Assembly: GCA_013331695.1 (NCBI GenBank)
Contig: DUFX01000036.1
Span: 1-45,577, forward strand
Origin: Candidatus Woesearchaeota archaeon
Lineage (GTDB): Archaea; Nanobdellota; Nanobdellia; Woesearchaeales; UBA12501
Length of the DNA stretch: 45,577 nt
Direction of reading: 5' to 3'
Made by a program: the position numbers and the translations under genes. Positions 8,679 to 17,951 of the stretch are shown here, one piece after another (within the stretch, counting starts at the first letter, position 1; every line of letters begins with the position of its first letter). Under the pieces are notes generated by a model. It made no database searches, was not told where the DNA came from, and saw only the letters and a list, made by a program, of their open reading frames with translations.

Positions 8679-9650
8679 ATGGTTAAACCCAACCAAGAAA
8701 AACCATCATCCCCGCGCTGGGCATGGATTACGGTTATTATCATTCTTGTGGTACTAGGACTTTTGAGTATGATCATTGCGGGTGTCATCGGCATCTTTGT
8801 CGGTGCAGGTTCATCAAGTTCAAGTATTGAAAAAGTGAATGGCGCCGGAAATGTTGCTGTTATTAAAGTTGAAGGTCCGATTGTTTCCACCTCCGTTCCG
8901 AGTTTTGGCGGTGCGAGAGCTGCTGTCTCTGAAGATATTGTCAAACTGATTGAGAAGGCATCAAAAGACAACAGCATCAAAGCCATTGTGCTTGCTATTA
9001 ATACTCCGGGAGGAAGCGCTGTTGCTTCTGACGAAATTTCCAGTGCGCTCAACGATGCCACCAAGCCAACGGTTGCTTGGATCAAAGATATGGGAACTTC
9101 AGGAGGCTATTGGGTTGCAAGTTCAACCGATTACATTGTTGCACATCCTGCTTCGATCACTGCATCGATCGGCGTGATTGGTTCCTATCTTGAATTTGCA
9201 GGATTTCTTGAAGATTATAATGTGACGTATCGCAGACTGGTTTCAGGAAAATACAAAGATATGGGTCATCCGTTTAAGGAGATGACTGAGGAAGAAGAAA
9301 TGATTTTCCAGCAAACCCTTGACGATCTCCACGAACTTTTTATCCAGCACGTTGCAGAAGGAAGGAGTATGCCTGCTGAAAATGTACGCAATCTTGCAAC
9401 AGGGGCATTTATGTCTGGAAAGAAAGCATACGAACTGGGACTCGTTGACCAGCTCGGCGGGCAGAAAGAAGTGAAAGCATATCTTCAGCAGAAGCTGAAT
9501 ACCTCTGTGGAATTTGTGCAGTACCGACAGCCAAAAACATTTTTTCAAACCTTGGTAGAAGGGTTTTCTGAATCAGGATTTCAGGTAGGCAGGGGCATTG
9601 GTTCTTCGCTGGTTGAGCAGGAGCGGCAACCGAGTGTGATGCTTTCTTAA
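8679..9650 (+). CDS. sppA: signal peptide peptidase SppA (peptidase S49, 36K type)
   Basis: N-terminal TM helix, then S49 motifs: AIVLAINTPGGSAVASDEI, GGYWVASSTDYIVAHPASITASIGVIG and KDMGHPF. Confidence 0.85.
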   Translation: MVKPNQEKPSSPRWAWITVIIILVVLGLLSMIIAGVIGIFVGAGSSSSSIEKVNGAGNVAVIKVEGPIVSTSVPSFGGARAAVSEDIVKLIEKASKDNSIKAIVLAINTPGGSAVASDEISSALNDATKPTVAWIKDMGTSGGYWVASSTDYIVAHPASITASIGVIGSYLEFAGFLEDYNVTYRRLVSGKYKDMGHPFKEMTEEEEMIFQQTLDDLHELFIQHVAEGRSMPAENVRNLATGAFMSGKKAYELGLVDQLGGQKEVKAYLQQKLNTSVEFVQYRQPKTFFQTLVEGFSESGFQVGRGIGSSLVEQERQPSVMLS

Positions 9651-9662
9651 GAAGGTAACCTC

Positions 9663-10076
9663 TTATTTTACTATTTCCATCCGCTCATCAACATCCTTAG
9701 CAATCTTCTTCAAATCTTCGCACGTTCTGTTGAGATCTTTTTGGATCTCTTCAACAACTGCTTGAAGATTTCCCACTCTTAGAAAATAGCGATTTTGATT
9801 GCTGATAACTAATCCTGCTTCCATCAATTTTGCGAGATGAAAAACAACCGTTCCTCGGCTGAGATGCGTTCGCAAGGCGATTTCATCTGAAGACAAAGGG
9901 ATATTCTGTTTTGCAGCACGAAGCAGTTCAATAAAGATGCGGAAGCAGGACTTATCTTTATCCCGTTCGCTAAACAAACCCAAAGAATCTCCCACCCATT
10001 GGAGTTCCTGATTAAGATTGCTGGCTCCTGGTTTTCTCAGCTTGACGATCGTAACGCGTTGATAGCAGATGTTCAT
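9663..10076 (-). CDS. ArsR/wHTH-family transcriptional regulator
   Basis: CFRIFIELLRAAKQNIPLSSDEIALRTHLSRGTVVFHLAKLMEAGLVISNQNRYFL fits an HTH plus wing. The TATA box TTTATATA (rc of 10101-10108) lies 25 nt upstream of the ATG. Confidence 0.65.
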   Translation of the reverse strand: MNICYQRVTIVKLRKPGASNLNQELQWVGDSLGLFSERDKDKSCFRIFIELLRAAKQNIPLSSDEIALRTHLSRGTVVFHLAKLMEAGLVISNQNRYFLRVGNLQAVVEEIQKDLNRTCEDLKKIAKDVDERMEIVK

Positions 10077-10177
10077 GCAGGAGATTCTTGGCAGAACGCC
10101 TATATAAATGTGTTGATCTGAGATCGACGGAGTGGAACGTTATAGCTTAAATGAATCCTCCATCATTTTAAAGTATT

Positions 10178-11251
10178 TCAATTTGCTTTTGCTATTATTC
10201 TTTTGAGATGTTCTAAGAATTCCTTTGTGTCAGCGAAGTAATTCGGATAAGCTTTTCTCAAGTCGTTTGCAGCATCTACTCCAACAAGAACTACATCATA
10301 CTCTTTTTTTCCTTGATTTCTTTTTTCTGCATGGGAATAATCTAAGATTGCCTTCTCTTCTCTCCCCTTTGAATAACTGGTTATGTTGAGTTTGCCGCCT
10401 GCAATGTCTAATTCTAACAAAAAATATTGAAATCTTTGTTTATCTCTGTGAACGGATTCAAAAACTTTAATTGCTTCTGTCCAACCACTCATTATTTTTA
10501 CTACCTTTAGTTCTTCTTCTTTTTTCTTTATTTGAGAATATAACTCATTCTTATATAGGGGGGTATTTGGGACGGGGGAAGTTTTCTCCATGACCGCAAA
10601 GGCGGAACTCACCAATTTAAAAAAATCCACCCATTCAGGAGTTCCTTCATGAGATTTAATTGCTTGTCTCGTAAAGAAATCAACCGTTTCAACGGCTGTT
10701 GCCCATTGGTGTTGCAATTTGGTTCTTATTTGAAGTTCTACAAGCAATCCATTATATTCTTTCTTTCCTTCTTTATCGCTTTTATACCGGTATATTAAAT
10801 GAATACTTCTATATCCATCATCTTTGGGATGTGTTATATAATCTTTTTCATTGACCTTTTTATGTTTTAAATCACTTTTTATATATCCTTCTTTGTAGAT
10901 TTTTTTTACGAGATCCATGTTGGACATTACTGCTCTGCAACCCGCAATGTCTTGCATTTGTGATAATTTCATGGTCGGCTCCTTGCCATGATATTTTCTT
11001 TTGAGTTTAAACAGAATAGAAGGTAATCTTTTCAATCGCTGAACTGCTAAGGCCTCAGGATCCATTTTTTCAGAGACTTGTTTTAATCTTACTTTGAACA
11101 CATGCAATGGATATTTATGAATGGCTCTCCAGTTATCTAATACATCTAATGCAGCATCAGTTTCTTGTGGGTCAGTTGTATCGCTAATCAAAACGCTTCC
11201 AGCCCAATCTACTTTAGAGTTGCTATATCCCTTTGGTTTTGTCCATTTCAT
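10178..11251 (-). CDS. stand-alone RelA/SpoT-domain nucleotide pyrophosphokinase with a ~150-aa uncharacterised C-terminal domain
   Basis: Synthetase-domain motifs are present: DIAGCRAV, DDGYRSIHLIY and ELQIRTKLQHQWATAVE. There is no HD hydrolase, TGS or ACT region. The gene is markedly AT-rich compared with its flanks. Confidence 0.8.
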   Translation of the reverse strand: MKWTKPKGYSNSKVDWAGSVLISDTTDPQETDAALDVLDNWRAIHKYPLHVFKVRLKQVSEKMDPEALAVQRLKRLPSILFKLKRKYHGKEPTMKLSQMQDIAGCRAVMSNMDLVKKIYKEGYIKSDLKHKKVNEKDYITHPKDDGYRSIHLIYRYKSDKEGKKEYNGLLVELQIRTKLQHQWATAVETVDFFTRQAIKSHEGTPEWVDFFKLVSSAFAVMEKTSPVPNTPLYKNELYSQIKKKEEELKVVKIMSGWTEAIKVFESVHRDKQRFQYFLLELDIAGGKLNITSYSKGREEKAILDYSHAEKRNQGKKEYDVVLVGVDAANDLRKAYPNYFADTKEFLEHLKRIIAKAN

Positions 11252-11272
11252 ACTTTTGCGGAGATATAAAAG

Positions 11273-11280
11273 TATATAAA
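11273..11280 (-). promoter_or_regulatory. TATA box (TTTATATA) for the RelA/SpoT-domain gene
   Basis: The minus strand reads TTTATATA 22 nt upstream of the ATG at 11251, which fits a leaderless transcript. Confidence 0.45.
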
Positions 11281-11286
11281 TGTTTG

Positions 11287-11384
11287 TTTTGCGCGGTTGC
11301 TTTTGAGTATAAAAATGGCAATTTGTTATAGGTATATAGTTTTTGCGCGGTTACTTTTTTTTATGTTTTGTATTTTGCGCGGTT
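11287..11384 (+). repeat. three direct copies of TTTTGCGCGGTT in the RSH/grpE intergenic region
   Basis: Exact 12-mers at 11287-11298, 11341-11352 and 11373-11384, with spacings of 54 and 32 nt. Each is GC-rich within AT-rich spacer. Confidence 0.85.
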
Positions 11385-11536
11385 ATTCATTTGAAATCAT
11401 CTCGTTGCTCCCTGTGATTTTGGTTCATTTCCGCAACATTTAAATATAAGTTGTCTACTCTAGGTAGTCTAGGTTGACTTAAAGTAAACAAATGACTTAA
11501 AATAACCAAGTAAAGTCAGCCAATCGGGGTGCAACC

Positions 11537-12283
11537 ATGAACGGATGTTGTAAAGAAAATAAAGGGAACAAAGGCGCCTCAGCGTCTCAAGCCCAAGACG
11601 CTTGCTGTCAAAGCAAGGGTCCATCAGATCAAAAGAGTTCTTGTTGTAAAGACGAATCGTCTAACAAGACCACTGCGAAAAAAGATAGCCAAAAAGGTAG
11701 CTGTTGTTGCCAGGGACGTTCAGAAGGAGCGTCCTCTGAGCACGACGTTGCATACAAAGAAAGCGATGAAGAAATTGCCATGCAATCAGGATCCTGCTGT
11801 ATGGAAGATGCTGAAGAAATTACAGAAACCGTTGACGATCCTTCAACCCTTCAAATCCAAGAACTTACAGACACGCTCAAACACGTCCAAGCTGATTTTG
11901 AAAACTACCGCAAACGAACAGAAAAACTCAATCAAGAATTTCAAAAATTTGCAAATCAACAAGTCTTCAACCAACTCCTTCCCCTCATCGAACAGTTTGA
12001 CTTTGCTCTGCGCAATACCAAAAACCAAGAACAATTTGTAAAAGGTGTTCAGATGATTCGGGATCAATTCAAGCACTTCCTTTCGCAGCAAGGATTGCAG
12101 CCTATTCCTGTACAAGAACACGAAATCTTTAATCCGCTCTGCCACGAAGCTATTGCTGCAGAAGAAGCAAAAGATAAACACGGAAAACCTCTGCAAAAAA
12201 ATGCGATTATTCAAGTCCTTGCAGACGGATACACCTTGCACGGCAAAGTCGTTCGTCCTGTGAAAGTAAAAGTTGCAAAATAA
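11537..12283 (+). CDS. grpE: GrpE nucleotide exchange factor with a Cys-Cys-rich N-terminal extension
   Basis: GrpE core: LKHVQADFENYRKRTEKL...LLPLIEQFDFAL...GYTLHGKVVRPVKVKV. The first ~95 aa contain five CC/CCC clusters. Confidence 0.9.
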   Translation: MNGCCKENKGNKGASASQAQDACCQSKGPSDQKSSCCKDESSNKTTAKKDSQKGSCCCQGRSEGASSEHDVAYKESDEEIAMQSGSCCMEDAEEITETVDDPSTLQIQELTDTLKHVQADFENYRKRTEKLNQEFQKFANQQVFNQLLPLIEQFDFALRNTKNQEQFVKGVQMIRDQFKHFLSQQGLQPIPVQEHEIFNPLCHEAIAAEEAKDKHGKPLQKNAIIQVLADGYTLHGKVVRPVKVKVAK

Positions 12284-12316
12284 CAAGTTGCAAAATAAAA
12301 AATAAAGGAATCTTCG

Positions 12317-12880
12317 ATGACCCTTACAATCAAAACCAAAAAAGAGGATGTTTTGAAGCTTGCACCGGCATGCACCTGCGACAAGTGTGAAGTCGGGTGC
12401 CATTATGGAAGCGGAGCCTTTGTCAAAGGCCAACTCGAACCGCTTGCCAAGTTCCTCAACATGAGTCTTGAGGAATTGAAAGAAAAATATTTGGAAGAAA
12501 TCGAAAAGTTCAACACCAAACTGTATCGGCCGAAGCTGATCAAGAAAAAGGGCATCAAAGAACTGTTTGGTTTGCGTGAAAACAAGCCTCACGGCCGCTG
12601 CATTTTTTTTGATGACGATAAGAAATGCACGATCCATCAAGTAAAACCCTTGGAGTGCCAAGTTGCCTCAGGCTGTTCAGGACACGGTGATGCTACCATT
12701 GCCTGGTTTGATTTTCACTATTATTTCAACAAGCATGATCCTGAATCCGTACGGCAGTATACCTCTTATATTCAGAATGGGGGACGTGTGATTCAAGGAG
12801 CTGACTTGGACAGCTTGTTTCCAACGAAAGAAGAGAAAGAGAAACTCAAGAAAATCCTTGATTATGCCATTGTAAAATAA
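12317..12880 (+). CDS. YkgJ/UPF0153-family zinc- or iron-chelating Cys-cluster protein
   Basis: CTCDKCEVGCH plus GRCIFFDDDKKCTIHQVKPLECQ matches the CxxCxxCC-type YkgJ signature. Confidence 0.7.
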   Translation: MTLTIKTKKEDVLKLAPACTCDKCEVGCHYGSGAFVKGQLEPLAKFLNMSLEELKEKYLEEIEKFNTKLYRPKLIKKKGIKELFGLRENKPHGRCIFFDDDKKCTIHQVKPLECQVASGCSGHGDATIAWFDFHYYFNKHDPESVRQYTSYIQNGGRVIQGADLDSLFPTKEEKEKLKKILDYAIVK

Positions 12881-12892
12881 GAGAGATAAAGG

Positions 12893-13489
12893 ATGGTGAA
12901 GGCTATGGAAAATAATGAAATTGAAGTAAAAATATTTGATATCAATCCCGAGCAGATCAAGAAAAAACTCGAGGCACTGGGTGCGAAGAAAACAGGAGAG
13001 AGTCATGTCGAAGTTGTCATGTTTGACTTTCCTGATCACCGGATAACCAAAAATGATGAAGTTTTACGAGTGCGAAAAATGCATGGAAAAACTGAGTTCG
13101 TGTACAAAGCACAATTCGATGGCAAGAAAAAGGGGAAGAGTGATTTCAAGGCACTAAAAGAATACGAAACCACGGTCGAAAGCTTTGATGCAGTGGTCGC
13201 GATTTTAAAAAAATTAGGTTTAGAAGTGATCAGACGTTTTGAAAAAAAACGAACGTCCTATCTTGTAAGCAAAGATGGGAAAAATGTGAAGGTTGAAATC
13301 GACACGATTCCCGGCGTGCCGACGTATCTTGAAGTTGAAGCCAACGATGAAGCAGCGGTTCGTTGGGGCGTGCAACTTTTAGGATTTACGATGGAGCAAA
13401 CGAGCAATAAAGGCATCCACGAAATGTGGGAGAAGTACTACAAAGGAAAAACCGAAGTGTATTTCAAAGACTATCCAAACAAAAACTAA
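12893..13489 (+). CDS. CYTH-domain protein (class IV adenylate cyclase / triphosphate tunnel metalloenzyme)
   Basis: EIEVK (ExExK) lies at the N-terminus. Also VLRVRK, KKRTSY and VEIDTIPGVPTYLEVEA. Confidence 0.8.
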   Translation: MVKAMENNEIEVKIFDINPEQIKKKLEALGAKKTGESHVEVVMFDFPDHRITKNDEVLRVRKMHGKTEFVYKAQFDGKKKGKSDFKALKEYETTVESFDAVVAILKKLGLEVIRRFEKKRTSYLVSKDGKNVKVEIDTIPGVPTYLEVEANDEAAVRWGVQLLGFTMEQTSNKGIHEMWEKYYKGKTEVYFKDYPNKN

Positions 13490-13597
13490 AAAATAATTAA
13501 AAACCTCGGCCTAAAAGCCGACGTATGCTCGGCATTAATCAATAAAAAGATTAGAACAATAAAAATACAAAAAATAAAACTCACGGAGGAAATCACC

Positions 13598-15538
13598 ATG
13601 GCAAAAGAACAAACAAAGAATGAAACTAAAAACGAAAAAACAAAAGGTGTTGGAAAAGCAATAGGGATTGATTTAGGTACGACCTTCTCTGCAGTTGCAG
13701 TGATGGAAGGCGGAAAACCAACCATCATCTCCAATTCAGAAGGCGACCGAACAACACCGAGCGTTGTCTGCATTCGAAATGACGAGCGTATTGTTGGAAA
13801 AGTTGCAAGAAACCAGGCAATTATGAATCCTGACCATACGATTAGAAGCATCAAGCGCCACATGGGCGATGCAAATTTTAAAGTGATGATTGATGAAACG
13901 AACTACACACCCCAAGAAATCAGCGCTATGATTCTGCAAAAGATGAAGCGCGATGCAGAAGCCTATCTTGGCCATCCGGTCAGCGATGCAGTCGTTACCG
14001 TTCCTGCTTACTTTAATGACGCTCAGCGTCAAGCAACCAAAGATGCAGGAAAAATTGCAGGATTAAATGTCTTGCGTATTATCAACGAACCAACAGCAGC
14101 CTCGCTCGCTTATGGTCTTGACAAGCAAAAAGATGTCACCATTTTAGTCTTTGACTTTGGAGGCGGAACCTTTGATGTTTCTGTCCTTGAATTAGGAGAT
14201 GGAGTCTTTGAAGTCAAGGCAACATCGGGAGACAATCGGTTAGGTGGAGATGATATTGATGATCTTATTATCGACTGGCTCGCTGAAGGATTCAAAAAAG
14301 AAAATCGCATTGATCTGCGAAGCGACAAAGTTGCACATCAACGCTTAAAAGAAGCTTCAGAAAAAGCAAAAATTGAACTTTCCAGCTCTCAAAAAGCAAC
14401 GATCAATCTGCCGTTTATTACTGCAGACCAAAATGGTCCTAAGCACTTGATGGTTGATCTCAACCGGGCGCAGTTTGAGAAATTGATCGAACCGATTCTC
14501 AAGCGACTGGAAGGCCCCACCAAGCAAGCGATGAAAGATGCCAACTTAAACAACAGTGATATTCATCATGTTGTCTTTGTCGGTGGATCAACGAGAATTC
14601 CAGCTGTTGAAGCGCTGGTGAAGCGTTTGATTGGAAAAGATGGAGACAAATCCGTCAACCCTGACGAAGCAGTTGCTCTCGGAGCAGCAATCCAAGCAGG
14701 AATTCTGGGCGGAGAAATCAAAGATGTCTTGCTCCTCGACGTTACTCCTCTGAGTTTAGGTATTGAAACCCTGGGCGGAGTTTTCACAAAACTCATCGAG
14801 CGAAACACCACGATTCCAACCAAAAAATCAAAAGTGTTCAGCACCGCAAGCGATAATCAGCCTGCAGTTACCATTCACGTGATGCAGGGTGAACGCAGTA
14901 TGGCTGCTGACAACAAAACTCTCGGGCGATTTGATTTGGTCGGAATTCCACCTGCTCAGCGAGGCATTCCTCAAATTGAAGTGGCGTTTGACATTGATGC
15001 AAATGGTATTGCAAATGTCAGTGCAAAAGACTTAGGAACAGGAAAACAACAGCAGATTACGGTTACTGGCTCCAGCAATCTCAGCGATGCTGACATTGAG
15101 CGCATGCAAAAAGAAGCTGAGTCAGCTGCAACCGAAGACAAGGAAAAGCTTGAACGTGTTGAAGTGGTCAATCAAGCTGATAGTTTAGTCTACCAAGCTG
15201 AAAAAACTTTGAAAGACATGGAGGGCAAAGTGGACAGCAAAAAACTCAGTGCAGTGAAGGCTGGCGTTGAAGAACTCAAAAAACTGCTTGAACCACAGGA
15301 CAAAGATGTTGAGAAGATCAAGCAGAAGCTTGAAGAACTCAACAAGATCATGCAGGAAGCTGCTACCGAACTCTATCAGAAAGCAGCTGCTGCACACCAA
15401 GGTCAAGCTCAGCAAGCTGGTTCAGGCGGAAAAACAAAAAATTCCTCATCCGCTGATGCTGATGACGCAGAGCGTGTTGTTGACGCTGACTTTGAAGTTG
15501 AAGGAGAGAAGCACAAAGATGGTGCAAAAGCGAGATAA
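13598..15538 (+). CDS. dnaK: chaperone DnaK (Hsp70)
   Basis: [25 protein letters not shown] and [12 protein letters not shown] are present, with a full-length substrate-binding domain and lid. A GGAGGA Shine-Dalgarno sequence lies upstream. Confidence 0.97.
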   Translation: MAKEQTKNETKNEKTKGVGKAIGIDLGTTFSAVAVMEGGKPTIISNSEGDRTTPSVVCIRNDERIVGKVARNQAIMNPDHTIRSIKRHMGDANFKVMIDETNYTPQEISAMILQKMKRDAEAYLGHPVSDAVVTVPAYFNDAQRQATKDAGKIAGLNVLRIINEPTAASLAYGLDKQKDVTILVFDFGGGTFDVSVLELGDGVFEVKATSGDNRLGGDDIDDLIIDWLAEGFKKENRIDLRSDKVAHQRLKEASEKAKIELSSSQKATINLPFITADQNGPKHLMVDLNRAQFEKLIEPILKRLEGPTKQAMKDANLNNSDIHHVVFVGGSTRIPAVEALVKRLIGKDGDKSVNPDEAVALGAAIQAGILGGEIKDVLLLDVTPLSLGIETLGGVFTKLIERNTTIPTKKSKVFSTASDNQPAVTIHVMQGERSMAADNKTLGRFDLVGIPPAQRGIPQIEVAFDIDANGIANVSAKDLGTGKQQQITVTGSSNLSDADIERMQKEAESAATEDKEKLERVEVVNQADSLVYQAEKTLKDMEGKVDSKKLSAVKAGVEELKKLLEPQDKDVEKIKQKLEELNKIMQEAATELYQKAAAAHQGQAQQAGSGGKTKNSSSADADDAERVVDADFEVEGEKHKDGAKAR

Positions 15539-15576
15539 AACAGTATCTCCTCTTTGCAACCATTGCTTGACCTCTT

Positions 15577-16713
15577 ATGGCAACTTCACAACCATCCTCT
15601 CGAAAAGAATCCTTTGAGAAGCTCGCACAGTTAATTGAGATTCTCGGGGAAAAGTGTGTCTGGGATAGAAAACAAACTCCTGAGACAATTTTCAAAGCAT
15701 TGCAGGGTGAAGTCAAAGAAGTTGAGCAGGCATTGCAAAGCAATGATGCACACGAACTGCAAGAAGAAATTGGTGATGTGCTGTGGGATGTTCTGTTTTT
15801 TATTAACCTTGCCAAAAAACGAGGCTTGTTTGACGTCAAGGATGTTCTTGATTTTATGCATGAGAAAATGGTGAAACGGCACCCGCATGTATTTCTTCCT
15901 CAAGATCGTGCGTATGCTGAACGTTTAGGTTTGCGCAGCAAGGATGGAAAATCTGCTGATCCGGTTGATATCAACTTTATTGAGAGCACCTGGGGGCAAA
16001 TTAAAAAAGAGGAGCGGGAGCAACGACCTAAACGAGATAAAAAACTGATTCACAACGGCATTAAAGCAGTTATTTTTGATTGGGACGGTGTTTTGCTGAA
16101 TACACTTCCTACTCAATTCAAGATCTATAAAAAAATAGAAGAAGCCATGGGCCTGCGCTTCGGTTTTGATCTTGATCAGCAGGACAATGGAAATCATTTT
16201 GAATGCAATTTTAAGTTGCATTACAACCAGGCGCTTGGCCGCGATGCAACAGCTGATGAAATTGCAAAAGCATCCCGCATTTATCGGGAGCACCTCACGC
16301 ATTTTAACGACGGTTTAAAACTCTTTGAAGGAATCGTTCCTCTTATTCACGAGTTGAAACAGAGAGGGTATAAACTCGGAATTGTTTCCAATAGTTTTCG
16401 TGATTTTATTATTGAAAAACTGGAAGAAGCAGGAATTTTTCACTGCTTTGATGAAATCATGGGCCACGAACACGGCATCCTCAAGCCAAACCCCGACGGT
16501 ATTTTGGAGTGCATCCACCGCATGGGTATTTTTCCTGAAGAAACCGCCTATGTCGGAGATATGGACGGCGATGTGATTGCTGCAAAAAAAGCCAATGTAA
16601 AAAAAATGATTGCAGTAACCTACGGTTATCATACTGAAGAAAAATTAAAGCCCCATGATCCCCATCATCTTATTAATAAACCAACCGAGCTGTTAACCAT
16701 TCTCATTTCGTGA
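15577..16713 (+). CDS. fusion protein: MazG-type NTP pyrophosphohydrolase (N-terminal) plus HAD phosphatase (C-terminal)
   Basis: N-terminal half: [12 protein letters not shown]...EVKEVEQAL...[20 protein letters not shown]...MVKRHPHVF (MazG EExxD/E helices). C-terminal half: [18 protein letters not shown] and [17 protein letters not shown] (HAD motifs I-IV). Confidence 0.8.
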   Translation: MATSQPSSRKESFEKLAQLIEILGEKCVWDRKQTPETIFKALQGEVKEVEQALQSNDAHELQEEIGDVLWDVLFFINLAKKRGLFDVKDVLDFMHEKMVKRHPHVFLPQDRAYAERLGLRSKDGKSADPVDINFIESTWGQIKKEEREQRPKRDKKLIHNGIKAVIFDWDGVLLNTLPTQFKIYKKIEEAMGLRFGFDLDQQDNGNHFECNFKLHYNQALGRDATADEIAKASRIYREHLTHFNDGLKLFEGIVPLIHELKQRGYKLGIVSNSFRDFIIEKLEEAGIFHCFDEIMGHEHGILKPNPDGILECIHRMGIFPEETAYVGDMDGDVIAAKKANVKKMIAVTYGYHTEEKLKPHDPHHLINKPTELLTILIS

Positions 16714-16718
16714 TCGTT

Positions 16719-17882
16719 ATGACAAAAGATTACTACAAAACTCTCGGCGTTTCCAAAGACGCAAGCAAAGAACAAATCAAGAAAGCATACAAACAATTAG
16801 CTAAAAAATATCATCCCGATATGAACAAGGATTCGGGTGCTACAGAAAAGTTCAAAGAAATCAATGAAGCTGCTTCGGTTTTAGGGGATGATCAAAAACG
16901 CCAGCATTATGATCAGTTTGGAACCGCAGAGCCAGGATTTGACGGACAGGGCGGCGCAGACTTCAGTGAATTTATGCGCAATGCTGGGATGGGTGGCAGT
17001 GGCGGCATGGGTGGAGGCTTCACGTTTGATTTCGGAGATATTTTTGATCAAGTCTTTGGCGGCGGAGGGCATCGGCGGGGCAGTGGGAGTAGTAGGCAAC
17101 GACGCGGTGCTGATTTACTCTATGAACTAAGTGTTTCTTTAGAAGATGTTGCCTTTGGAACAGACAAAGAAATGGTGATGCATCGCCGGGAAACCTGTGA
17201 AAAATGCAAGGGCACCGGTGCTCTCCTAAAATCTGATATTGAAACTTGCGAAGGCTGCAAGGGTTCAGGATATGTTAAACATATGCGAAGAACACCTTTT
17301 GGTTTATTTCAAACAACAGGAACCTGTCGTGATTGTGGTGGCGAAGGAAAAGTCATCAAAAATCCCTGTGTTGTATGCGATGGTGCAGGACTGGAAACCA
17401 AACAACGTAACATCAAGGTGAAAATTCCTAAAGGTATTGAACACGGTATGCGGTTGCGTTTGACAGGTGAAGGTGAAGCAGGAGAAAAAGGAGGACCGCA
17501 TGGCGATCTCTATGTGGAAATGCATATTGGACCCCACCCTGTTTTCGAACGCAGAGGAAACGATTTGTATACTGAAGTTCCGATGAGTTTTACGCAGGCA
17601 GTGTTTGGCGATGAAATTACCGTTCCCACACTCGACGGCAAGGCAAAATTGAAGGTTCCTGCAGGAACACAGACGCATACGCTCTTTAAGCTGCGCGGAA
17701 AAGGGCTTCCTTTCTTAGACGGCTCTGCACATGGCGATGAGAAAGTGCGGATCATTGTCCAAATTCCTGTTGATCTTACGGCAAAACAGAAAAAAGCGCT
17801 TAAAGATTATGCAGAAGCAGGCGGAGACAAAGTCCAGGAAGAAAAGAGTTTCTTGAGCAGATTAAAGGATGCGTTTGAATAA
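16719..17882 (+). CDS. dnaJ: co-chaperone DnaJ (Hsp40, type I)
   Basis: DYYKTLGV...KKYHPD J-domain, a G/F-rich region, and four CxxCxGxG zinc-finger repeats. The ATG at 16719 is preferred over the GTG at 16710. Confidence 0.95.
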   Translation: MTKDYYKTLGVSKDASKEQIKKAYKQLAKKYHPDMNKDSGATEKFKEINEAASVLGDDQKRQHYDQFGTAEPGFDGQGGADFSEFMRNAGMGGSGGMGGGFTFDFGDIFDQVFGGGGHRRGSGSSRQRRGADLLYELSVSLEDVAFGTDKEMVMHRRETCEKCKGTGALLKSDIETCEGCKGSGYVKHMRRTPFGLFQTTGTCRDCGGEGKVIKNPCVVCDGAGLETKQRNIKVKIPKGIEHGMRLRLTGEGEAGEKGGPHGDLYVEMHIGPHPVFERRGNDLYTEVPMSFTQAVFGDEITVPTLDGKAKLKVPAGTQTHTLFKLRGKGLPFLDGSAHGDEKVRIIVQIPVDLTAKQKKALKDYAEAGGDKVQEEKSFLSRLKDAFE

Positions 17883-17922
17883 GCAAACGATAAATCAATC
17901 ATAGTAGTCAACCACAACTATC

Positions 17923-17930
17923 TTTAAATA
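17923..17930 (+). promoter_or_regulatory. TATA box (TTTAAATA) for the tandem PRTase gene
   Basis: TTTAAATA lies 22 nt upstream of the ATG at 17952. Confidence 0.4.
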
Positions 17931-17951
17931 TCCCTTCATCTTAAATCTACT

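Noticed and set aside
11843-12661. 272-aa minus-strand ORF.
   Set aside because: It lies antisense to well-supported grpE and ykgJ. Its translation is F/L/K-rich with no motifs. It is an antisense artefact of the codon bias.
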